From: Eledone cirrhosa
Taxonomy: Eukaryota
Direction: 5' to 3'
Assembly: GCA_964016885.1 (NCBI GenBank)
Contig: OZ024762.1
Location: 2,976,001 to 3,040,000 of the forward strand
Length of the DNA stretch: 64,000 nucleotides
A program made the position numbers and the translations under genes. Shown here piece after piece: positions 42,297 to 56,110 of the stretch. Numbering within the stretch: position 1 is the first letter of the stretch; each line of letters begins with the position of its first letter. A model generated the notes under the pieces. It saw only the letters and a list, made by a program, of their open reading frames with translations. It had not been told where the DNA came from and searched no databases.

Positions 42297-42690
42297 GAGG
42301 AGAAGACAGTAAAAGTACTGGAGCCTGATCAACGGCGACCTCTTTGTGTCAGTCTCCCTTAAGATCTCTGGTGTACTTGCTCCCCGCATTACCACAGAGG
42401 AGAGATAGTAAAATACTAGAGTCCGACAAACGGCAACCCCTTTGTGCCAGTCTCCTCCAAGATTTCTGGTGTACTTGGTTCCCGTATTACCACACTAGAG
42501 AAGATAGTAAAATACTGGAGCCTGATCTCTGGTGTACTTGGTTCCCGTATTACCACAGTAGAGAAGATAGTAAAATACTGAAGCCTGATCTCTGGTGTAC
42601 TTGGTTCCCGTATTACCACACTAGAGAAGATAGTAAAATACTGGAGCCTGATCTCTGGTGTACTTGGTTCCCGCATTAAAACAGAGGAGA
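42297..42690. repeat. Minisatellite with two units of about 99 bp then three 63-bp units
   Basis: agagaagatagtaaaatact recurs at 42497, 42560 and 42623. Confidence 0.85.
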
Positions 42691-42906
42691 CTGTCGTCCC
42701 CAGATTGTCCGGGGCAAGCGAGAATCATTTTCTCTAACCAAGCGAAATCATTTTTCGCACTACTTAACGTACTAGTGTGGAATCTGGTTTCCTTTAGGTT
42801 ATTATCTTAAAGATACTGGCTTAATTACAGAACTGAGTTTATTGGAAAACGATCGAAGATATATCGGCCATATCCTATGGCTTAATTTCAGTGTTATACA
42901 CACACA

Positions 42907-42980
<74 letters not shown>

Positions 42981-43184
42981 ACGTTTTAAGAAATCTACTC
43001 TGTCATCGCTGTCGTTTATTTATCTACTATTTCTTCATAGGTGCCTTTTAATCTTAAAGCCTGGTTTAATTGGTTTTCTGTGTGGTTGATTATGCTAATT
43101 GGGAGAGGAAATGGTGTATATATATTATCAAATGATTCTATGGACATACTTTATAGTATATATATATATATATATATATATATT

Positions 43185-43572
43185 AAGAAAACGAAAAATC
43201 AGTGATGCATCTGGACTTAGTTTATTTCGTGTTACAAATGTTTCGCCGTCATGTAGCTCGAGTCATGGTCCTTGTATGGATCTGGCTGATTCTACTTCTG
43301 TGGGTTCTTTCAGGCACGGCTGTTATGTCCGGAGCAAATTTTATCCGGACGTAACGCCCGTGCCTGAAAGAACCCACAGAAGTAGAATCAGCCAGATCCA
43401 TACAGGGACCATGACTCGAGCTACATGCCGGCGAAACATTTGTAACACGAAATAAACTAAGTCCAGATGCATCACTGATTTTTCGTTTTCTTGATAATAT
43501 CTACACTCTACTCTGATGAATATCGAGTGCTAATTTTGGCATACCGCCTACGGAAGCACCATAGCTACCACT
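43185..43572 (+). mobile_element. (TA)n-flanked fold-back element: palindrome 43185-43492 with HHR-like motif 43359-43449 (family E)
   Basis: Arms of about 150 bp. cgtgc-CTGAAAGA..GAAA-catttg-TA-acacg then AATAAA. A non-inverted relative lies at about 54720-54900. Confidence 0.65.
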
Positions 43573-43574
43573 AT

Positions 43575-43641
<67 letters not shown>

Positions 43642-44573
43642 AACAAAAAATGCTGATGATTCTCTGCCTAGATTTATGAGTTTGTCAAAACATTGATTGA
43701 CAAAGATAATTAAGATTAAAAATAAATATATTTCATTTGCAGCTGATAAGGTGTTTAAACAATTTACAAACGTTTCCAAAGGGAGATAATTATAATCCTT
43801 CAATAAGTGATTTAGTTTCACGTCTTTGTCAGTTTGGGTTTTTTAATGGTTCATAAAAACTGACAAAATAAACATATGTAAATATATGTAAATTTTCCAC
43901 TTGAAGTAATAAATCACCAATTATTGCACTAATTTCCTCTGAGACTAATGTTCTATGTGACTTACTAACACAACTGAAAGATATAAACATTATCTACTTT
44001 TATCTAGTTTCAAATCTTTTGACTAACGTCACCAAATAACATTTCATATACATACATATATACATATTTACACATACATAGACAACACCAACACCACCAC
44101 CACCAACACCACCACCAACAACTCCACCAACACCACCACCAACACCACCGCCAACCCTACCATCACTACCACCAACACCAACAGTACCAACACCACCACC
44201 ACCCCCAACACCACCACCACCACCACCACCGCCAACCCTACCATCACTACCACTACCACCAACACCAACAGTACCAACACCACCACAACCACTACTACCA
44301 CCACCACAACAACAACAACTCCACCAATAACACAACACCAACAACAACAACACTTACAACAACCAACCACGACATGAACATTGAAGGATATGATACTCCT
44401 GAGATTGCGACGTAAGAAAGTTGTGTGATGTCCAAAAACATGAGGAAGTGACTTGAGAGTTGGCTCCTTGTATTGTAAAGCTAAAGATCTATAAATGACA
44501 CTTGATCAAATTATAACAGCAATCACTCAACAGGAAAATCAATAGACTGAATAAGCTGACATTATCAGAGAGA

Positions 44574-45092
44574 CTGGCACGATCGGTAGAGCGTCAGACA
44601 CCATGGTTAGGAACATAGAGTTACGTCTCTTTACGTTCTGAGTTAACTTCGTTTTTTATCCTTACGGGGTCGATAAAATAAAGTACCAGTGATGCACTGG
44701 AGTAATTGCTGATCTTGTGCCTAAATAAGGTAGTTGATTGGCAGTATCGGTAGAGGGTCGGACGCCATGCTTTGTAGTATAGAGTTACGACCCTTTACGT
44801 TCTGAATCAAAACCCCGCCGAGGTTAACTTTGTCCTTTATCTTTACGGGGTCGATAAAATAAAGTACCAGTCACGCACTGGGGTCGATTTAATCGCCATT
44901 CCCTCCCCCAAAATATGCTGGCCTTGTGCTTATATAAGAAACATGCTTTCCAACATAGTTACGTCCCTTTACGATCCGAGTTCAAATCCCGCCCTTGTTG
45001 ACATTGCCTTTCATCTTTACGAGGTCGAAAAAAGAAAGTACCAGTAATGCACTGGGTAATTGCTGGCCTTGTGCCTAAAGTAGAAACAATTA
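44574..45092 (+). mobile_element. Three SINE family 1 copies
   Basis: Same core sequence. Confidence 0.85.
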
Positions 45093-45349
45093 TAATTATT
45101 TTCCAAACCATATTTATTGCTATCGGCAGATTCTACTCTAATAAACAACTTATAGATTCTTAAATGCTGAGAATTCCTTAATTATGCCAAGTAATTATAT
45201 TTACGCTACATTTATTTCTGTTTCCACCATAACACTACTTATTGCTGACATATATAATTACATCAGATATTTTCTGTATTCTATATTCTTTTTTCTTTGA
45301 CTCTATTCAGATAATTTTAACTTCTTTCTTATCATAATTCTAGTTTAAG

Positions 45350-45790
45350 AGACGCAGGCTATGATCGTCGAATGATTAGTCGCTTCGGCCACAAATCACA
45401 GGACTGCGGCCCGCTATGCTGAGGAAAATGGAGATAAACAAATACCGGGGCTTGTCCGGTTCAGCCCGATTCCTCTTCGCACCGGTCATCGTCGAGACCT
45501 CAGACGTATTTGGACCCCGTACTGTCGAACTCCTCCGCAAGATCGGAACGTTGGTGGCCAGTTTGAGAAAGAAGCTCCGCGATCTGGGATGGCTATTACA
45601 GCGGGTGTCGCTGGCCATTGTCCGCAGGAACGCCTTTACGGTCCGGTCCACGGAGCACCGCATGCCCTAGGCCCAGAGCCCATCAACCTCCACCCCTTCC
45701 ATTCTTCTGTGACACCAGAGCCCTTGTCTTTCCATTCCTTTTCCGTTTTTTAATGTATTTACATTCTTTTCAATATAATTTTTTTATCTT
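45350..45790 (+). mobile_element. 3' fragment of a CRE-like RLE non-LTR retrotransposon
   Basis: NKYRGL..FAPVIVETSDVFGP..LLQRVSLAIVRRNA. GC-rich island. Confidence 0.7.
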
Positions 45791-45829
45791 TGTCTATTAA
45801 ATGACGTAATTATCCTTGCATTTTACAAT

Positions 45830-46266
45830 AATGGTTTCTTATATAGGCACAAGGCCAGTAATTTGGGTGGGGAGGGGAAAATCGATTAAATCGACCCCAG
45901 TGCGTGACTGGTACTTTATTTTATCGACCCCGTAAGGATGAAAGGACAAAGTTAACCTCGGCGGGATTTGAACTCAGACTGTAAAGGACCGAAACTCTAT
46001 GCTGCAAAACATGGCGTCCAACCCTCTACCGATACCGCCAGTTCACCGCCCTTTATAATAAGGATTTCTATTATAGGCACAAGGCGAACAATGTTGGGGG
46101 AGGGGAAAGTCGATTAAATCGACCCGAGTACGTTACTGGTACTTTATTTTATCCATCCCATAAGGATGAAAGGCAAAGCTAACCTCGGCAGGATTTGAAA
46201 TCAGAACGTGACTGTACGCCACGAAACTGTTTGACGCTCTACCGACTCTGCTGTCAACCCACCGTC
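45830..46266 (-). mobile_element. Two SINE family 1 copies
   Basis: Same core. Further copies at 56956-57141 (-), 58055-58225 (+), 60972-61190 (+) and 61624-61842 (-). Confidence 0.85.
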
Positions 46267-46680
46267 CTAAGGGGTTTAGTAACATAATTACATTTCTTGT
46301 TATTTATCTCTTGTTTGAAATACAACCTAATGAGGGTTTCTAGATAAATATGGTTACCATCATCATCACCATCACCATCATCACCATCATCACCACAATG
46401 ATCACTATCACCATAATCATCAGCATCACCATCATCATCACCATCATCATCACCATTATGAACACCATTATCATCATCGTCCCATAACTCCGGGGCATCT
46501 TCAACGAGACAGAATCCTGTCCCCAAGTCGGGGTCTTTAACCCTTTGCTTACCATATTTCCAATGAAAGACACCCCCAGGAAAGTTAGATAGAATTGGTC
46601 GGTAGCGTGTCAAACAACATTGGTGTAACTGTCTTGATGTCTGCTAATGTGGTTGTAAAGGTCAGTCCACCTTGTGGTCA

Positions 46681-47410
46681 GACATTGTCCCTGGAGGATG
46701 GCGAGGGAGACACACAGGAATAGCCACTGCACTCCACCTGGTGGTCACGGCTGACGAGAAGGAGAAGACATTGTCCCGGAGGATGGCGAGGGAGACACAC
46801 AGGAATAGCCACTGCACTCCACCTGGTGGTCACGGCTGACGAGAAGGAGAAGACATTGTCCCGGAGGATGGCGAGGGAGACACACAGGAATAGCCACTGC
46901 ACTCCACCTGGTGGTCACGGCTGACGAGAAGGAGAAGACATTGTCCCGGAGGATGGCGAGGGAGACACACAGGAATAGCCACTGCACTCCACCTGGTGGT
47001 CACGGCTGACGAGAAGGAGAAGACATTGTCCCGGAGGATGGCGAGGGAGACACACAGGAATAGCCACTGCACTCCACCTGGTGGTCACGGCTGACGAGAA
47101 GGAGAAGACATTGTCCCGGAGGATGGCGAGGGAGACACACAGGAATAGCCACTGCACTCCACCTGGTGGTCACGGCTGACGAGAAGGAGAAGACATTGTC
47201 CCGGAGGATGGCGAGGGAGACACACAGGAATAGCCACTGCACTCCACCTGGTGGTCACGGCTGACGAGAAGGAGAAGACATTGTCCCGGAGGATGGCGAG
47301 GGAGACACACAGGAATAGCCACTGCACTCCACCTGGTGGTCACGGCTGACGAGAAGGAGAAGACATTGTCCCGGAGGATGGCGAGGGAGACACACAGGAA
47401 TAGCCACTGC
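46681..47410. repeat. 85-bp GC-rich tandem repeat, about 8.6 near-identical copies
   Basis: Unit gacattgtcccggaggatggcg...gagaaggagaa recurs at 46767, 46852, 46937 and so on. Confidence 0.97.
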
Positions 47411-48465
47411 CATTCCAAGTCCACCTAATGGGGATATCACTTGCAGGTAGCCAACTCTGCTCCAACAGCAGTGTGCAGAGATGTGGTTCGGGGGAGCAAG
47501 AATGTCGGAAGTTTCCATAGCCACAAGCTCAACCACAAACCTATCAGAGATCGGACAATACTTTGACTGTTTGCCCTAGGTTATGGGTCAGTCCGCTTTG
47601 TGGGTAGCTAGCTCTGCTCCGACAGCAGTAAGGGTGTGGTCTGGAGTACTAAGAACCTTTGGAAGTCTCCACTGCCACAAGCTCAACCACAAGCCTATCA
47701 GAGAGCATCCAATAGCTGGACAGTTTGCCCTGTTCGGCCCGGCAGGCAGCGAAGCCAGGGCTGGGCTCAGCCATAGCCATCTTAAGGCCTTCTCTGTTAC
47801 TTACTTGTTCCTGTAATACTCAGAGTTCCGTAGGTTTTGCTTAGTGGAGGAGCTGAAAATACTCGGGTGCTCCCCACGGACATGTTATACCTCGTGGTTG
47901 GCAGCCGAGAACTTGCAAATTGTTCTCTAGGACAATTGTGGACTAAAGAAAATATTCAAAGGTATTGAGAGAGAGAGTGAGGGTGTGAGTGTGTGTATGG
48001 ATGTGTGTGAGTGTGTGTTAGTGCAGGTGTGTGAGTGTGTGAGTGCGTGAGAGAAAGAGAGAGAGAGAGAAAGAGTGTGTGTCTGTATGTGTGTGAGTTA
48101 GTGTGGGTGAGTGCGTGAGAGAGAGAGAGAAAGAGTGTGTGTCTGTATGTGTGTGAGTTAGTGTGGGTGTGCGAGACAGTGTGTGTGTGTGAGAGAGAGA
48201 GACAGAAAGAGAGAGAGAGAGTTTACGTTAAGAGATCTTAATTAGAGCCGTAGGCAGCTTTGTTTTCACAGTTGCGAGTCCTATTGAGATTAGAGAAAAA
48301 AAGTGAATATGTTCGAAGTAACAACTCCAATTTGTTACACGTACATCAGCTTTAATGTAATAAAGACAGAAGTGTAGTGTTGTATCTCTTATGGAGTGGA
48401 TCTCCGTGGGTTTTAAACGATGAGTGTTCCAGTTGTTCGATCAACGAAGCAGCCTTCTTCTTCGC

Positions 48466-49058
48466 CCACTTATTCCTGTGAGGGTCGTGGGAGCAGTCCT
48501 CAAGCACCCCTTCCAACGGGTCCTGTCAGAAGAAATCGTCCCCAATTGATGTGGCTGGATCCCTATACAAGACCAGCCGAGTTTATGGATGTTATCCAAC
48601 CATCCTGCTCGAGGTCGACCCTGAGAGGGTCGTAGGGAGCAGAGTCCTCAAACAGTCCCGTCAGCGGATCCTGTCAGAAGCAATTGTCCCCAATTGATCT
48701 GGCCGGATCTCCAAGCGTGACCAGCCAAGCTCATGGATGTTATTCAACCATCCTGCTCGGGGTGTTCCTAATCCTAGGTCTCTTGCCAGTTGGTTTTGCC
48801 CGTAAAATCTGTCCAGCGATTCTTTCCTGAGACATTCTAACCACATGCCCATAGAATCGGAGCTATGGTTTCTTAATTCGGAGAAGTATCAGCTCTACCT
48901 GGAGTAACCCTCTGATCTTTGAGCTACAAATCTGTCCAGTGATTCTTTCCTGAGACATTCTAATCATATGTCCATAGTATCGGAGCTGTGATCTCTCAAT
49001 TCGGAGAAGTAGCGGCTCTACCTGGAGTGACTCTCTCATCTCAAAGTTACGTGCTCTG
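48466..49058 (-). mobile_element. Rearranged RTE-like LINE 3' fragment with internal duplications
   Basis: LRIEKSQLRYYGHM / GHVVRMSQER-like reading on the minus strand. Duplicated blocks. Confidence 0.55.
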
Positions 49059-49397
49059 ATGTTGGGTTTGAATAGTTTTTAGGATTCCCCAGTTCAGCAA
49101 CCAGTACGATAAAAATAATTGATAGTTACAACTATAAAGGCTGAACAGAGAACACATTTTTTAAAAACGTTACAATAATTTGTACAACCACAATGGAAAT
49201 TAAATTCAAGGGCAACCAATGTAGATTATGGTGCGCTTTCATCAGATAAAATACAGATTTGTTTTATAAATAAATATTGACATACCCGGAAAAAAGAAAA
49301 CCTCAACGGTTGAAATTCGCTGGATAATCAGCGAATTTCAACCGTTGAGGTTTTCTTTTTTCCGGGTATGTCAATATTTATTTATAAAACAAATCTG

Positions 49398-49463
49398 TAT
49401 TTTATCTGATGAAAGCTCACCATAATCTACCTTGGTTGCCCTTGAAATATATATAATAAAATA
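49398..49463 (+). ncRNA. Type I hammerhead ribozyme (family A) in the right arm of palindrome 49206-49447
   Basis: tattttat-CTGATGA-aag..ctt-GAAA-tatata-TA-ataaaata. Confidence 0.75.
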
Positions 49464-49638
49464 ATTATGGTTTTATAAATATAGTTTCCATTTATTAATA
49501 TATTATATATTGTATATATATATATATATATAAAATTTCAGGTTATCAATAATGTAGTGATAATATATCGTTACGTTAGAGATGAACAGCGTACGTGCAG
49601 GTTTGCTCAACGAGTATAAATTATATTCCGGAGAAATG

Positions 49639-49976
49639 TAGAAAGGATGAATATAAAATGAAAGTGCTTTTGTTAAAAAAGGAATTTATTAGGTATTGAC
49701 ATATGTTTCTGTAACAGACCGAATACCTATGTATCGCTGCTTGCGTAATCATATAATGTTAGCAAGTATTCGATAGCAAATGTATAAACAGTTGTCACTT
49801 CTTCAGAGATTTTGAAGTGACAACTGTTTATACATTTGCTATCGAATACTTGCTAACATTATATGATTACGCAAGCAGCGATACATAGGTATTCGGTCTG
49901 TTACAGAAACATATGTCAATACCTAATAAATTCCTTTTTTAACAAAAGCACTTTCATTTTATATTCATCCTTTCTA
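49639..49976. repeat. Perfect palindrome, arms of about 163 bp with a 12-nt spacer
   Basis: Arms look identical by eye. CTGAAGA (minus strand) sits at the centre and GAAA-catatg-TC lies in the arms. Confidence 0.9.
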
Positions 49977-49984
49977 TATATATA

Positions 49985-50071
<87 letters not shown>

Positions 50072-50653
50072 AAACAATGAGTTTATCCTAACGGTCCTTA
50101 TTATTTGTTTATTTTCTCTAAAGAACATACCGATACCAAAGACAACACCTCACCCGTTACACCCCGCTACACCGACCATATCTTATCTCTAATATAAACA
50201 TAAACTAAAGCCTTTTAACACAGAATCATATTTCCACTGACAATACAGATTAAATTAAATATTCAGATTAATTACATTAACACGTAATAAAATAACAAAT
50301 TATATATTCCTAACAAGACACTCAAATATATCTATTTCATTTTCAGCCATAAATTCAATCAAACATTCTCTTTCGTCAAAAATTTGACAAAATCATGTTG
50401 TTTATATAATTTAATTAAATTCAAAATGATTAAAAGATTAATAAACTTAACCGCTTTTGCTTCTGGCCAATCTCATAGTCTCAGATTTTCAAACGAGACG
50501 AGACTGGATATCAAATATTATCATAGTGAAAATCGTTATGCTGTGTCCGTTGTTACGATAATGTATACACTCACTAGACAAATATGTATGTATGGAAGCA
50601 TGTATGCGTGTATGTATGTATGTACGTATGCTTGTATGTATGTGTGTATACAC

Positions 50654-50700
<47 letters not shown>

Positions 50701-51099
50701 AATTAAAAAGAACAGAAAGATGCAGTAAAAGAGATTTATTCGGTTCTTACGTACGTTTCAATAGACATCAATTTGCCTAGATCTCGCTACATCTACATAA
50801 CACTGTGTCCTGGAAAACATTAATGTCCTGGAAAACATTAATGCACTCGTGCATAACCAATTATATATATATATATATACACACACACACGTGTGTGTGT
50901 GTGTATATCTCGGGTTCAATCGGGGGTAACCACAGTAAGTAAGGTACTCAATACATAACAGGTAATAACTATTTAATATCGACAGTCGGCTTTCCAGATC
51001 ATTTCCTTCGAATAACACATTTATATATATATATATATATATAACACATTTATATACATATATATATATATATAACACATTTATATATATATATATATA

Positions 51100-51312
51100 T
51101 ATAACGAAGGAAATGTGGTAAGGAACCACCAGGTGGACCATAACGCACCAAAGTACTCAATACTTAGGGTAGTAGAGTGGGTACGAGTAGGACCCCGACG
51201 GCTGAGCTCAAGCCGTTTCGACGGCTAATTCTGGACTAAAAAAAAAAAAAAAAAAAATAGAATTAGCCGTCGAAACGGCTTGAGCTCAGCCGTCGGGGTC
51301 CTACTCGTTCCT
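51100..51312. mobile_element. Fold-back family F (copies at 5960-6137, 28809-28945, 51100-51312, 52995-53096)
   Basis: Shared ggaccccgacggctgagctcaagccgtttcgacgg arm and a tail ending ttccttcgtta(TA)n. Carries the HHR 3' half GAAA-cggct..agccg-TC. Confidence 0.75.
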
Positions 51313-52176
51313 ATATATATATATATATATATATATATCCAGGGAGTGTAATGCGGAGTTACAGTAGGTTCACGTCGATATAGAAGTGTAGAGCTAGATA
51401 GAGTGTAGTATAATAATACAAGAACGAAAAGTTACTCCTTCATTACGTTTACTAGCAGAAAACCACCCTGAGATGGTTTTCTGCTAGCATGTGAAATGTG
51501 TATATTTATATTATATGCAAATATACATACATGTAGATATGATATGTAATCAGTAAAGTAATCCATGATACATTTAAAAAAGACGATATTATATATAAAC
51601 TGCATTACGGTGAGATGTAATGAAACCTTATATAACGATGCAAAACTAGCGTAAACTAACAAAAAAAGATTTTTAAAAAAAATAACGAACACGACACCTT
51701 GGATTCATTCTTTTTTCTTGATTTTAGAAAAAACTGTCAATATATTTTTTTCCCGCCGATTTCTCTGCCTATTCTCGAATGATCTGTGTGAAATATAACA
51801 CAGGGTAAGGCATTGGTAAACTGTCGTTGCATTAGTAAAAGCCGATGAGTTCATATGAACTTGTGTAAGTTTTTCTAAGTAAAGAAAGATTCAAAAGATT
51901 ATGGGAGATACATGTTAATTATTTTAACGGTAATGTCATCACCTGAGAATATTGATTACAGATATTCTTGGCATTAGGAAAACAAAAAGGTTCCTTGTCA
52001 AGGATCAATATATATATATATATATATCAATATATATATATTGATATATATATCAATATATACATTCATGTGCATCATGTATATGTCTTTTGTGAATGAG
52101 TTGTACGTATATGTGTGTGTGTGTGTTTATATATATATATATATATATATTCATGTGCTCGATGTATGAATCTATG

Positions 52177-52230
<54 letters not shown>

Positions 52231-52267
52231 GTATAAGATCAAAAGATGGTTAAAGGAGTTCCATGTA

Positions 52268-52334
52268 TTTTATTATGCGCATTTCAAAAACAAACATCAT
52301 CATGCAATAATATTTGTGTTTTCATCAGATAAAA
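52268..52334 (-). ncRNA. Type I hammerhead ribozyme in the left arm of inverted repeat about 52233-52472
   Basis: Reverse complement ttttat-CTGATGA-aaacacaaatatta..tgatgtttgttttt-GAAA-tgcgca-TA-ataaaa. Palindromic stem III. Confidence 0.8.
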
Positions 52335-52560
52335 CAGGAGGACATGATATGAAGGCTAAAAAACACTTGTGGATAGTGCAGTTTTAAATCAACATTATTG
52401 CATGATGATGTTTGTTTTTGAAATGCGCATAATAAAATACATGGAACTCCTTTAACCATCTTTTGATCTTATATTATGTATACTCCAGTCCTACAAATTG
52501 TAGAGTGCTTCTTATCCGATATCTGCATTGCTTTATTGTACTACAATAAAACTCACCTCC

Positions 52561-52602
<42 letters not shown>

Positions 52603-52907
52603 TATGCTTTATGTATGAATCTATATACATACACACACACATATGTGTATCTTACTACATTCATATCTAAAAAATGTTCCGTACTCATTACTCTCTGATG
52701 AATTCTATTGAGAAAGAAACATGACTACCCTTGCAGAATCATTGATTTAATACACACCTTACATATATATGTGTGTGTGTATATACATACAAATATACAC
52801 ACACACATATATATACACACACATATATATATATACACACATACATATATATATATACATATATACAATATATTAACAAATGGAAACTATATTTATAAAA
52901 CCATATT

Positions 52908-52973
52908 TATTTCATTATACATATTTCAAGGGCCACCAGAACAAACTATGGTGCGCTTTCATCAGATAAAATA
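52908..52973 (-). ncRNA. Type I hammerhead ribozyme (family A)
   Basis: Reverse complement tattttat-CTGATGA-aagcgcacca..tggtggccctt-GAAA-tatgta-TA-atgaaata. Confidence 0.7.
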
Positions 52974-53194
52974 TAATATAGGTTAGTTTTATAAATAGGA
53001 ACGAGTAGGACCCCGACGGCTGAGCTCAAGCCGTTTCGACGGCTAATTCCGTCGAAACGGCTTGAGCTCAGCCGTCGGGGTCCTACTCGTTCCTATATAT
53101 ATATATATATATATATAAATATAGACTTCTACATGACAAGAATTGTTTCATCAGGGAGAAGGAGAGACGGAAAGGAAAAGAAGAAGAAAGTGTA

Positions 53195-54282
53195 GGAGGT
53201 GCTGTTGGTGATGATGATGATGCTGTTTGTGTTGGTGTGTAGGCAGTGGTAGTAGCGGTGATGTTGGCAGTGGTGGTGGTGGTGGTGTGTTAGTGTTGAT
53301 GGAGTAAATTATCTGTATATATATATATACATCTTGTACAGCTTAAACAGCGCAAAGACTGAACTTTGCTATGTTGAAAATTCGAGCAAATGATGTTGGT
53401 GTCATTGGTTAAGGGGTGGGGTGGTGGGGAAGTAGTGGTTGTGGTGGTGGCGGTGGTGGGGGAGTAGTGGTGCTGAGATGTTGTCGTTGGTGGTGGTGGT
53501 GGTGGTAGTGGGGAAGTAGTGGTTGTGGTGATGTTGTCGTTGGTGGTGGTGGTGGTGGTAGTGGTTGTGGTGATGTTGTCGTTGGTGGTGGTGGTGGTAG
53601 TGGGGAAGTACTGGTTGTGGTGATGTTGTCGTTGGTGGTGGTGGTGGTGGTGGTGGTAGTGGGGAAGTAGTGGTTGTGGTGATGTTGTCGTTGGTGGTGG
53701 TGGTGGGGTGGTGGGGAAGTAGTGGTTGTGGTGGTGGTGGTGGTGGCGGTGGTGGTGGGAGTAGTGGTGATGTTGTTGGTGGTGCTGGTAATGGTAGTAG
53801 TAGTTGTGTGTGGGGGGGGGGGGGGGGGGGTTGTAGATGGTGGTGGAGAGAGTAGTGGTAGTGGTGCTGGTAGCGGTAGTAGTAGTTGTGGTGGCAGTGT
53901 TAGTTGTTGTGGTGGCGGGAGTAGTGCTAGTGATGATTTTCTTTGTGGTAGTGGTGGTGGTAGTTGTGGTGGTGGTGGTGGTGGCGGAGGGGTAATAGTG
54001 GATGTGTGGGATGGAGTAGTAATGCTTGTGGTTACTGGATGGTGTTGATGGTAGCATTGGTAAGGGTGGCGGTGATGGGAGAGGAAAGGTGGCGGTATTG
54101 GTGTAGGTATAGGCAAGAGGATGGTGGTGGTGGTGCAGGAGGGGTGGGGATGGGGATCAGACCAGAGAGTGAGAAATGAAAGGAAAAACGAAAGAAGAAA
54201 AAAGAAAAATAACAATTGGAAATTATTTCAGTAACTTAAATTTAATGTTTTTTGGGCCTTGTTTCTAGAGATGTTTGTTTGT

Positions 54283-54319
<37 letters not shown>

Positions 54320-54480
54320 TGTTGCTGTTGTTGTTGGTGGTGGTGTGTTGCTGTTATTTTTGGTGGTGTTGTTGTTGTTGTTGTTTTTGGTGGTGGGGGG
54401 GGGTGTTATTGTTGTTGTTGTTTTTGGTGGTGGGGGTGGTGGTGGTGTTATTGTTGTTGTTATTGTTGGTGGTGGTGTTT
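53195..54480. repeat. (GGT/GTA/GTT)n low-complexity tract with internal higher-order units
   Basis: Direct inspection. Confidence 0.9.
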
Positions 54481-54720
54481 GGCTTTATTTTCGCAACTGG
54501 TATAGGTGTAATAGCAGAGTGATTTAATTATAGAAACTAAGGTAAAATAATCTACTACTACTACACACACACAGTATGGCAGTGATGGGCAGTATGGCAG
54601 CAAATGTTGGTCAGATTTCATGATGACGTAGAAAAATAACAGCCAACAGCAGGACAAAGGAGGAAGATGTTTTTTGAAGCTAAAACCCCAGTGAGAATAT
54701 TTGTTCCGAAGTTATTGGGA

Positions 54721-54808
54721 GTGTCCGACGAACCTACAGTTCCAGAATCAGGCAGATCCATACAATGATCGCGTCTCGAGCAGTCTGCCGGCGAAACATT
54801 TGTAACAC
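54721..54808 (+). ncRNA. Degenerate hammerhead (family E)
   Basis: gtgt-CCGACGA..ggc-GAAA-catttg-TA-acac. Confidence 0.55.
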
Positions 54809-54899
54809 ACAATAAATTGAGTCCAGATGCATCACTGATTTTTGATGACATAGAGTGCTTAACTGGCATACCGTCTATGGAAGCATCATAGCTACCATT

Positions 54900-54982
<83 letters not shown>

Positions 54983-55195
54983 CATATACACAGACATATA
55001 TACACATAAAAGTACACAAACATATACATATATGTACACGCACAAACACACAAATATAAATGTATACATATATATATATATATACATATACACACACACA
55101 CACACATACATACATATACACAGACATATATACACATAAAAGTACACAAACATACACATATACATATATGTACACACACAAACACACAAATATAA

Positions 55196-55260
<65 letters not shown>

Positions 55261-55919
55261 GAATACCTTTCATCGTATTTTTGACTAAAGGAATTTTTAC
55301 CTGATAATTATCAGGCTAAAATTCCTTTAGTCAAAAATACGGTGAGAGGTATTCTATTTTCTAATTTCAAACCTGCTCACTGTTTCAAAACATACTTACG
55401 ATATATATATATATACAAACACATACATATATACAAACACATACACACACATATATATACATATATATATATACATACATAGACATATGCACACACATAC
55501 ACACATACACACATATATATATATAAATGAAGTAATTCCGTCGGAAATGTCCAGGAAAAAAGAGTGCTCTATGTAGGTTGGAGAGGTTATTAGTTATATA
55601 GTAAACAACATAAGATAATTATTTCATTTACCAGAGGTTTCTTGAAAGCAAACGAATTTGCTTTCAGTCGTTAGAATGAAAAAATCCTGGTGTATTTCTT
55701 GACAGTGGATTTTAAAAACAAAAATATAATATATATATATGAAAGTGAGGCTGGAGAAAAAATAAAAATAGATAAACACATATGCACACACACACACACA
55801 CGCACACACATATACATACACAGATATATACACACACACACATATATATATACACACACATATATATATATATCCATACATACACATACACATAAATACA
55901 CAAACACATATATATATAC

Positions 55920-56032
55920 CCCGTACATCCCGTACTCTATCGATTGGTCTATTTTAGACCATTCCAGGGAATACCAAAGGGACACAAAGAATTGTTCTTT
56001 GTGTGCCACTGAAAAATTTAGAATTCTAAAGG
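55920..56032 (+). pseudogene. Penelope-like GIY-YIG endonuclease C-terminal fragment
   Basis: IPYSIDWSILDHSREYQRDTKNCSLCATEKFRILK matches the W-x-I..Y..CxLCxxEK motif also seen at about 17830-17900. Confidence 0.65.
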
Positions 56033-56110
56033 ACATAACATATCATCCGGTCCGGGAATCGAACTCACAACCTCACGATTGTGACTCCAATTCTCTAACC
56101 ACTCAGCCAT

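Noticed and set aside
46681-47410. Possible CRISPR array, or HHR multimer (CTGACGA in each unit)
   Set aside because: No unique spacers, the context is eukaryotic, and there is no GAAA or stem I/III pairing in the unit.
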